Shown: positions 55,515 through 64,000 of the stretch, in pieces
Layout of the letters: each line of letters begins with the position of its first letter
Position numbering within the stretch: the first letter of the stretch is position 1
DNA from: Schizosaccharomyces osmophilus
Taxonomy: Eukaryota
Direction of reading: 5' to 3'
Assembly (NCBI RefSeq): GCF_027921745.1
Contig: NC_079239.1
Span: 992,001-1,056,000, forward strand
DNA length: 64,000 nt
Notes under the pieces: model-generated
The model's input: only the letters and a program-made list of their open reading frames with translations
Database searches by the model: none
What the model was told of the DNA's origin: nothing
Made by a program: the position numbers and the translations under genes

Positions 55515-56063
55515 TTAATATCCTCGTTTTTGTCGCAGCTGTAAATCGTATCTTTCTAAAGTATACAACAATTTTTGACGTTTAGCTATCGTTATTTTCA
55601 ATTGATCAGTGGTGTCTGAATTTAAAGGTAGTGCAGTTATAGGAGGTCGATTTTTCAGCATATCCAGACGAGCTTCTTGTAGCTCGTATTTTGTCCTTAA
55701 ACTATCTTCTTGCCGTTGTAGTGAGGATATGGACTCTTCTAGTTTTTGGAAAGCCTGTAGCAAGTAAGGCTTTATGGATTCATCAAATTTTTGACGACGT
55801 TCTTGGAGTTGCTGCTCGGATATCAAACGAAAGTGTCGCTGGACTTTTAAAACTTTTTTGATTCTTGGGAAGTCATGTATTCCTGAGTCTAGGGTGACGA
55901 TGCTCGAGGAGAGCTAAGCTATGTTAGTAATGCAGTTAGGAATACAAACACGTAAATCACATACTGTATCTATGCTAGCTTGTAAGGAATTAACACATTG
56001 CTCTAAACTAATAATTGTTAATACAATCTTCGGATTCTTTTCTTACCCATCCAAATACGACAT
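55515..56063 (-). CDS. spc19: DASH/Dam1 complex subunit Spc19; exons 56063-56047, 56007-55965, 55913-55515
   Basis: The spliced product reads MSYLDGLEQCVNSLQASIDTLSSSIVTLDSGIHDFPR...F..ISE, with a coiled-coil C-terminus. Two GT-AG introns, 152 aa. Confidence 0.9.
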
Positions 56064-56576
56064 ATGATTTGGTGGTACGGGGTGAAATAGGACAACACAG
56101 TAATCACTCAGGTATTACGATAATATGCACATATCCATAAACTAAGGAAGTAGAATAAACTCTTGGAGCATATGAATATCAGTCTTCACGGCTGCTTTAA
56201 TATAAACTTTTAATTACCTCAATTTTGTCCAGAAACTGCCAATTTCACAGTGCTATGCAACTTTAGGACTCACGAGTTACGACGAATTAGTTCTTGCTCT
56301 GCAACATCTACATTGCTCTATCTACTTGGTTTTAATGTAGCCTAAATTAATTCCACAATCTTACAACGTGATAAGCAAACGTTCTGTTTTTCTTTAAAAA
56401 TATACATAAATAAACGGCACCAAGAATAAATACTTCTCAGGAAACAAAAATTTGCCGCTAACATATTCTTACTTCTCATATAGTATAGGCATAAGATATT
56501 TTTATTGGGTCCATCTATGCAGAGCTGACAGCAGCACGCTTGGTACCAGTTTCTAATTAAGTGTTAATAAACTTTC

Positions 56577-56843
56577 TCATCTCGTTTTTAAATCAGTTTT
56601 CTGCTTACGGAATCCATTAACGAAGCTACGGTGAACCTTCTTCATGTGTTCCATACGACCGGTACCGGTGGCTTTTCTTCTCTTAGCCTTGGCACCCCAG
56701 TTGAAGCTACGAGTCTTGGCAGAAGGATAACCGCAAGAAGCACAGGTGCTCTTTTGCTTATGGAAAGAGCGCTTTCCACAACGACGACAGAGGGTATGGG
56801 ACTTGTTGCCCCTTTTTCCCATAGAAGATGTACCCTTACTCAT
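56577..56843 (-). CDS. rpl37: 60S ribosomal protein L37 (eL37)
   Basis: [11 protein letters not shown]...CRRCG...CASCGYP...GTGRM. Confidence 0.97.
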   Translation of the reverse strand: MSKGTSSMGKRGNKSHTLCRRCGKRSFHKQKSTCASCGYPSAKTRSFNWGAKAKRRKATGTGRMEHMKKVHRSFVNGFRKQKTDLKTR

Positions 56844-56906
56844 TTTTGGTGTTTCGTTGAGGTATAGATTTGTTTTTCCTGAAGCGTATGTTTCGACCTA
56901 AAAAAA

Positions 56907-56930
56907 CAGTCACGACAGTTAGGGTAGGGT
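56907..56930. promoter_or_regulatory. Homol D (CAGTCACG) and Homol E (AGGGTAGGGT) ribosomal-protein promoter elements
   Basis: Both fission-yeast RP-gene core elements lie 64-87 bp upstream of the rpl37 ATG. Confidence 0.85.
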
Positions 56931-57749
56931 ATATCTTTAAGCTGCTTCGTTTAACTTAACCAGAAGGTAACAGTAGTAACATCCATAACTTTCTTGATTT
57001 CAGTTATTGTTTACACTTGCTCAGTACCCAAATGCAGTTCAAAAAGGGCCTTTGAAAATAATAAAATAGTGGGAAAATATAATTGTGCATTTTAATTTGG
57101 AATGTTTGAAATTTTGAAATTGAATTTCAACGAAAAGATTCGTACTTTAGGCAATGGATGTGAAACACTTTTTTAAGCGTATCACAAGCTGGTTCAGCTG
57201 ATTTATTTTTGGGTAACGAAGCATGCTAGGTAATTTTTGAAAAATAATTCTCTATAGGCTGTAATTTACAATTCTCCGAAGTATAAAAAACGCATACAGA
57301 CGCGCGTGAAGAATTCATTTCTTTGAAATCGTGTCTTTTTGAATGTAATTTTCTTCAATGCTTAAACTTCCTTCACGCTTCAATTTGAAAATGCTCTTCA
57401 CCTTTATATTGGCTTTTTGCACATTCAAACAATGTAAACACTACTCTCGTTCGTTCTAAGCATAAACCTCGATTTGGAGAAGTTTGTCACCTACGATGTT
57501 ACTTCCTTTTCAACCATCGCAATAAGCCAAAGACAAACGTGTGAAGTTTGAATACCGGTTTCTCTCGTTTTTTCTCGCTTTCTGGTGAAAGCTTTAATTT
57601 TTTGTACCTTTTATATTTAATTTTTTTGGTTACCTTCTTTTGACGAAGCTTTTTCGGCTTTGTGTTTTCTTTACACTATCTGGTGTAGACTCTGGGCAAA
57701 ATAGGATCTTATTAATAAAACTACTTTATGAGTTGATATTATTTAGAAT

Positions 57750-60700
57750 ATGGCTTTTTTATTCAAGAAAAATAGAGCTGGCTCTAATCCGCTGAATAGA
57801 TCTACTACTTATAAGAGCTCTGGATCCTTGAGGGAATCTCCTCCTTCTAGTCAGGAAGCTGATTTAGAAACCAGTAGCATTTCTTCTTCAGAAATGAAGA
57901 AAACCCACCCTTCAAATGGCTCTAGTTTCACGGTTTCTCCTTGGTCGAAGTTGACTATTCGCGGGTCTTCACATGTATTGCCCCGGTATTCGCATTCTTC
58001 TCATCCTTTTGCTGAAGGGGGGCAGGAAGTGTATATATTTGGAGGGATTTCCTCTAACTCTGAAGCAAAAAATGATCTATGGGTTTTAAACCTTGCTACG
58101 AGTCAGTTTTCAAACTTGCGTAGTACTGGCCAAGTTCCGTCTGCAAGGCTTGGCCATGCTTCAGTCCTTGCTGGAAATGCTTTTATCGTTTTTGGTGGTC
58201 TTACGAACAAGGAGTACATAGATCACCAAGACAACACCCTCTATTTATTGAACACTTCATCCTTACGTTGGCAGAAAGCCTCGGCGTCTGGGGCCCGTCC
58301 ATCTGGGCGCTATGGTCATACGCTTAGCATTTTAGGTTCCAAGGTTTGGCTTTTTGGTGGCCGTTTACTTGACTATTATTTTAATGATCTTGTTTTTTTT
58401 GATCTGAACAAATTGAATACCCAAGAATCCAGATGGGAATTAGCATCTGTTGTTAATGATCCTCCTCCTGCTCGTGCTGGTCATGTCGCTATAACTTATT
58501 CTGATAAATTATACATAATCGGTGGTACCGATGGCCAGACCTATTTCAATGATCTTTGGTGTTTTCATCCAAAACAAAGTGCTTGGTCAAAAGTAGAGGC
58601 TTTCGGCCATCCCCCTCCGCCACGAGCAGGGCATTCAGCTTCGATTATAGATGATGTCGTGTATGTATTTGGAGGAAGATCATCCGACGGTTCCTTTTTA
58701 AATGATCTATATGCTCTCAAAATCTCTACTAAGCAATGGTATAGGTTGCTTGACTTACCATTTGCGCCATCTCCTCGCTCTTCTCATACGCTAACGTCTA
58801 CCGGCCTAACTTTGGTTCTAATCGGCGGCAAACAAACGAAAGATGTCACAGATTCCAATGTGTATATGCTAGATGTCACTAGGTTTCGTCTAAGTAAAGT
58901 ACTTCCCAGCTCGAGTCGCCAGAGAAATGCATCATTCTTTACCGGGTTAAATGGCAACAATAGTCAGCCCTCTCGAATACCGTCCCTAACAAATACAAAG
59001 ATATCTCGCATCCCAGCAGCTGCCAATCAGTCTACTATTACTAATAATTCCATGAATCCCAAAGCTCCTGTTGGGCGTTCTCCTTCATTTAAGAATAATC
59101 AGAGTTCCGCAGATGCTTCGTATGGTCCAACGAAATTGAATCCCTCGTCTACTATGGATCCTAAAAATACTGACAATAGAGCAAGTGAAGATGATGTGTC
59201 AGTTTCTAGCCAGTTCAATAAGTTAAAGTTAGAAGCTGAAATGCCAGTGGAATCACCATCGTCAGTAACACCCTCCCTATATTCGTTAGATACGACAATA
59301 AACCATAGAGACAGCCTACATGAAATGGGTAATGATTTAACAGAAAAGTCAGTGAATTCAGTCTCCCTAAATTCAGAAACTGCTGACTCTCAGCTGCTGG
59401 ACCATAAGGAGATGGACACCGATGATGCGATGTCGAATATGAATGTTGAACGTAAAACAAAGAGATCGCAAAACAACAACGATTTTGGTATTTTCGCGGA
59501 GCAATGTGCAGCTTTGACGAAAGAACAACTCGTCAATTGGTTCAAACAAAAGATTTATGAAGTTTTAAATGAATCCACTATAAAAATTGAGACTTTGAAC
59601 GAGAAAATCAAAATTTCAAATGCTGAGAAAAACGCAGCCCTCTGCGAAGCAGCTTTGTCTAAAGTCAATCCTAATAATAAACAGGATGAGCCCAGCAAGT
59701 TTCTATTGTCTGAAAAAAACAACATTCAAAAAGTCAGTAGCGCTCATATAATGCAGGAGAATGTAAGCTTGCATAAGACGCTGGAAGTCATGCGGGAAAC
59801 TTCTACAGAATTAAGTCAGCAAATGGACGATCTAAGTTCATCTAAAAAAGTCCTTTTAAAAGGATTGAATGACTTGGAGAAAGAAATTTCTGAAGAAAAG
59901 GACAAGCACCATGCTGCCTCATTACAATTGTTAGAACTCGAGTCCGTCTATCGCGATCGTGAGTCTTTGGTAAGAAGTCTGGAAGAGCAATTGGTAGACC
60001 AAACAATGCTTGTTAATAATTTCGCTTCTGAAAGAGATTATTATAAGGAACGATCTGCCGGATTTGAAGATACCATTAGAGATTTGGTACAAAGACTAGA
60101 AGCTACCGATATGCTGAATATTTCTTTACATGAATCCTTAAGCAATGTGCAGACGGAGAATTCTCAATTAGTTGCGGAAGTAGCACTTTTGAAATCGGAG
60201 CTTACTAAGAAACAAGCTATCATTGATTCCAATACTAATATATACTCCAAGTTGGATGTTGATAGGACTACCTATGAGCGGAATTCAACTATGGCAAACG
60301 CTAATTTGACATCGACTTTGGACAGTCTTTTGGAAAGTGAATCCTATAACCGTAACTTACAAGTGGAGGGTCTACGCCAACAGTTAAGAATCAACAATGC
60401 TAAATTAGAAAAACGGGAAAAGCTGATTAATGCTAGTAAATACATTGAAGATGGCTTAAGATCAGAGCTGCGTGAAGCTTCTGAAAAAATTAATGCATTG
60501 GATTACCATACGATAAGCCTAAAAGAGGAGAATGGGCATATGCAAGTTCAGCTAATGAACGCTTTAGAGCAAAGGAACAACGGTGCTAAGCAACTAGTGA
60601 ACTTGCGTATGCAGTTAGCTAATACGGCATCTGAGCTAGATGTGGTAAAGCTGAAAATACAAGCCACGGTTGCTGCGTTGGAGGAATCGAAAGATGCTAA

Positions 60701-61118
60701 CCCTGAGGCACTTTCAATATTACGAGGTGACTCCTTTCAATTACATGAGCTGTTCAAACAAACTTGTAGTTTTGTTGATTCTTTCTCTTTGGTTAAACGT
60801 TGTTTTGCCGAATTTGATAATAACTTTCAGAAATATGTGGAAACTTCTCAGTTGATGAATAACAATGATACTGAAGATGAATCTGTGAGATCTAATGAAG
60901 CTGGTCATGAGGTCCACATGGCTAATATATCGTCAGCTCTTAATGCCGTTACGGATGCTATACGCTCTTTGGAGGAAAAATTCAGCCACCTATTTCAACA
61001 CGCGACTTCAAATTCAGAATTGGAGCGATCCGATGAGATCAAAAAAATAAAAGAACAGACTAACTTCATTAAGGTTCTTCTTCGAAGTCAAACCGATGAG
61101 TTAGCACGAATTCAATAG
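57750..61118 (+). CDS. tea1: Cell-end marker Tea1 (kelch repeats plus coiled coil)
   Basis: N-terminal kelch repeats (PRYSH, RLGH, RYGH, RAGH...GG), an S/N-rich linker and a long C-terminal coiled coil. Confidence 0.92.
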   Translation: MAFLFKKNRAGSNPLNRSTTYKSSGSLRESPPSSQEADLETSSISSSEMKKTHPSNGSSFTVSPWSKLTIRGSSHVLPRYSHSSHPFAEGGQEVYIFGGISSNSEAKNDLWVLNLATSQFSNLRSTGQVPSARLGHASVLAGNAFIVFGGLTNKEYIDHQDNTLYLLNTSSLRWQKASASGARPSGRYGHTLSILGSKVWLFGGRLLDYYFNDLVFFDLNKLNTQESRWELASVVNDPPPARAGHVAITYSDKLYIIGGTDGQTYFNDLWCFHPKQSAWSKVEAFGHPPPPRAGHSASIIDDVVYVFGGRSSDGSFLNDLYALKISTKQWYRLLDLPFAPSPRSSHTLTSTGLTLVLIGGKQTKDVTDSNVYMLDVTRFRLSKVLPSSSRQRNASFFTGLNGNNSQPSRIPSLTNTKISRIPAAANQSTITNNSMNPKAPVGRSPSFKNNQSSADASYGPTKLNPSSTMDPKNTDNRASEDDVSVSSQFNKLKLEAEMPVESPSSVTPSLYSLDTTINHRDSLHEMGNDLTEKSVNSVSLNSETADSQLLDHKEMDTDDAMSNMNVERKTKRSQNNNDFGIFAEQCAALTKEQLVNWFKQKIYEVLNESTIKIETLNEKIKISNAEKNAALCEAALSKVNPNNKQDEPSKFLLSEKNNIQKVSSAHIMQENVSLHKTLEVMRETSTELSQQMDDLSSSKKVLLKGLNDLEKEISEEKDKHHAASLQLLELESVYRDRESLVRSLEEQLVDQTMLVNNFASERDYYKERSAGFEDTIRDLVQRLEATDMLNISLHESLSNVQTENSQLVAEVALLKSELTKKQAIIDSNTNIYSKLDVDRTTYERNSTMANANLTSTLDSLLESESYNRNLQVEGLRQQLRINNAKLEKREKLINASKYIEDGLRSELREASEKINALDYHTISLKEENGHMQVQLMNALEQRNNGAKQLVNLRMQLANTASELDVVKLKIQATVAALEESKDANPEALSILRGDSFQLHELFKQTCSFVDSFSLVKRCFAEFDNNFQKYVETSQLMNNNDTEDESVRSNEAGHEVHMANISSALNAVTDAIRSLEEKFSHLFQHATSNSELERSDEIKKIKEQTNFIKVLLRSQTDELARIQ

Positions 61119-61320
61119 TTGTTCATTATGAGGTTAATTTAATTTACGATCTTACAAATTATTTGCGTTTAATATGTCAACCTTTTATTTCACCATACAT
61201 TTGGCACTAGACATTATATGTGAGTATTGATAAAACAACTACCAGAGCATGTGTATAGAGCTTTAATCCAATTCCATTTGTCAAATGACTATATAATTTT
61301 TATTAAAACGAAATGAAACT

Positions 61321-63113
61321 TTAAGGAAGGAGGCGCTTGGGATCGCGAGGGAAAGCACTTGCCAAACGAATGTTGGGAAGATTAAGGAAGAACATCAAAA
61401 CGCGTTCTAAACCGATACCACCACCAGCATGAGGAGGACATCCTAAAGCGAAGGAATCAATATAAGCTTGAAGACCGACATCAGGAGCGATACCAAGAGC
61501 TCTCATTCTCTCAGTCAGCAACTCGGGATCATGGATACGCTGGGCACCAGACATGATTTCTTGACCCTTCATGAAAAAGTCATAACTATTAGAATAACGA
61601 GGGTCTTCAGGATCAGGCATGGTATAGAATGGACGAACACTACTAGGGTACTTGTCAATGACATAAAAGTCGGTGTTATACTTTTCACGGACAATTCCTC
61701 CCAAAACACGTTCCTCGGGAGTGCTGAAGTCATCAAACTCAGGATCCTCACTATAACGGAATTCCTCATTTTTAGGAGGTTCTTGGCCAGGAGTGAGCTG
61801 CTTACGATAACCAGCTTCACGAAGGAGTTGAACAGCTTCCTTGAAATGGAAACGAACACGTTCAGAACCAACAGGGAGGACAAAGTCTTCCGAAGAATAC
61901 ACGTTGCGGACCAAAGCAATTTGACGGTTATACTTCTCCTTGAGTGTCTTGAAAATATGCAAGAAGAGGTTTTCCAAAAATTCCACAACTTCGTGATAGT
62001 GCTCGTAAAAAGCCATTTCAAGATCAAGACCAGTGAATTCAGTCATGTGACGATAAGTGTTGGATTCTTCAGCACGGAACACAGGACCGACCTCGAAAAC
62101 ACGCTCACGGTCAGCGGAGATAAGCATTTGCTTGTAAAGTTGAGGAGATTGGGAAAGGTAACCTGCACCCTTGAAGTAAGAAATTTTGAATACATTTGCA
62201 CCACCCTCACTAGAGGCACCAGTCATTTTAGGGGTATGAATTTCGTTAAAAGAGTTGGCTAACAAATACTCACGGAAAGCATCACAGATACCAGATTGGA
62301 TGTCGAAGATGGCTTGGTTGGTAGGACTTCTAAGGTCTAAGACACGGTTGTCGAGACGAGTGTCAAGTAAAACTCGAACAAACTTGGAGTCACCTTCTTT
62401 GGCGTTTTCTTCGGATTCACGAATTTGTTCTTCTGAGCGATCGGCATCTTCGACAAGGAAAGGAAGGTGCTTCTTGACGGGAGAAACGACATAAACATTG
62501 GAAACATGGATTTCAGCATCTTGAACGGTAGCACTCTTGATAACTTCAGGACTCTTTTGAACGGTACCTTCTATTGCGACGATAGACTCTAATCCGATGC
62601 TGCCGCACCATTTGACCATGGGCTTGCTAATAGTGTCCTTATTGACAACTACCAAAGCTTGAATAGTGTTGTATTGTTGGCGCAAAGAAAAAAAGCACAT
62701 TTTGTTGCCTTGAAGACGTGAAGTGTATACTCTGGCACGGACCGAAACCTTTTGGCCATCCTTGGCAGCAGAAATATCTTTGATGTCCGTATAGACACGA
62801 TTTCCACGGGAAGTGGAACGGTTTAATGGTAAAACACCATAGCGTCCTTCAGAATAATCGACTTCAGAAGCTTCGCGCTTAGACTTTTCTTCATTCTCGC
62901 GAGCTTCTCTTTCAATTCTCTTTTGCTCCTTTTCACGCTCCTTCTCTAACTTTTTCAGGGCTTTTTTTGACAATGGCTGTCCATCTTCTCTATCAACACA
63001 TTATTAGTACACAGATTCACTTTCGTTTTCATGTCGCAAACTTACCCAAGGATAACGTCCTTCGCGACTTCCTTTTTCTCTTCGAGAGCGAGGTCTTGTA
63101 CTTGTTTTTCCAT
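61321..63113 (-). CDS. drs1: Cytoplasmic aspartyl-tRNA synthetase; exons 63113-63046, 62989-61321
   Basis: Exon 1 MEKQVQDL...VILG|GTAAGT. Motifs [21 protein letters not shown]...[14 protein letters not shown] and FPRDPKRL. Confidence 0.96.
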
Positions 63114-64000
63114 CTCGTACTAAATGACTTCAAGTGTTTGGAAAAAGTCAACCTTTGGTGTTCACCTCTCCTCGAGTTTGGTGCAAAATTGCAGATACAG
63201 ATTTTGGGCGTATCAGTAAACGAGACTATCGATACCGAGCGTTTTACGTATCACGGTATTATGGTGTTTTGGTACATGTCACTATCGTGTAAACAAAGAA
63301 ATTTCAATTTAAAAGAAAAGTATCCAAGTTAGTCATAGAACCCGTACATGGATGAATAGTTTAATAACATAAATGAAGACAATGACTGTAAACCGCTTGG
63401 CATATGTTGATACCTAAGGAGGGTTTGCCAAATTGATACTATCCAAATTTCGTTTTCTTTATGTAGACTAGACGTTGGAAAATGATATTCAAAAATTTAT
63501 GGCTTATCTTTTCAATTTTAATATTATTGAAGTATATAAAGTTCTTTTTCCTTTTTGACTGACAAACAGGGTGATGGAACAGTTTGTAAATTATGTTAAT
63601 ACAAGGATAAACCATTCAGCCTTTTTAATGAACATCTCAGCAACACCGGATTTAAAAGTCAATGAAGCCACCCAAAGAAACGCGAACTAAAAACTTTAGT
63701 TTTATTGGAACCTTGTGCTCCTTTCTATGAAAGACTTTCCTTGATTTATGTATCGTATCGCTTCCTGGGTAATATTTGCTAAAAACTACATAAGCATTAT
63801 GCTCCTATAAACGTTTCCTCTTCGACCATGCGACGCAAATGAAAAGAATATCCAAATCTAGTGTCATATTTGTTTATCTATCTTAAGCATACTTATGCTT
63901 TTACAAAAACAGACAAAAAATTTACTTCCGAGCGTTACCTGGAATTTTTTAGCTTCGCTTAGTCGGCGAATTCAACTTGCCAAGAACCATTCACACTGAG

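Noticed and set aside
61468..62262. 264-aa antisense ORF opposite drs1
   Set aside because: Codon-bias shadow with a non-ATG start and no recognisable motifs.

Overview
Gene-dense AT-rich fungal DNA from a fission yeast (Schizosaccharomyces). The proteins look like diverged orthologues of S. pombe genes, so an octosporus/cryophilus/osmophilus-type species is my inference. From recall, gene order follows S. pombe chromosome III (SPCC1450, SPCC1442, SPCC285, SPCC1223): bdf1 (partial), utp5-like, tef5, med19/rox3, grx3, dao1, nar1, cek1, PX-domain gene, rib5, ero12, 3-ketosphinganine reductase/PIG-F fusion, ptl1, ste6, Ybp-like, mitochondrial carrier, acidic protein, pps1, G-patch protein, hnt1, cox18, zta1, ist1, dbp6, HIU hydrolase, NUP-family protein, nmt1, set11, spc19, rpl37, tea1, drs1. 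Spliceosomal introns were resolved by hand in eight genes. There are six tRNA genes: a Met-Asn dimer, Lys, Pro, and an inverted His pair. I found no intact transposon, wtf gene or rRNA. The most notable items are a 38/38/38-nt near-perfect inverted repeat, a 13-bp gap between tandem spc19 and set11 (possible bicistron), a hairpin-hinge-hairpin candidate ncRNA, the dimeric tRNA, the inverted tRNA-His duplication beside nmt1, the sphingolipid/GPI enzyme fusion with a long structured intron, and an apparently receiver-less Cek1. Orthology and synteny statements come from recall, not from database searches.
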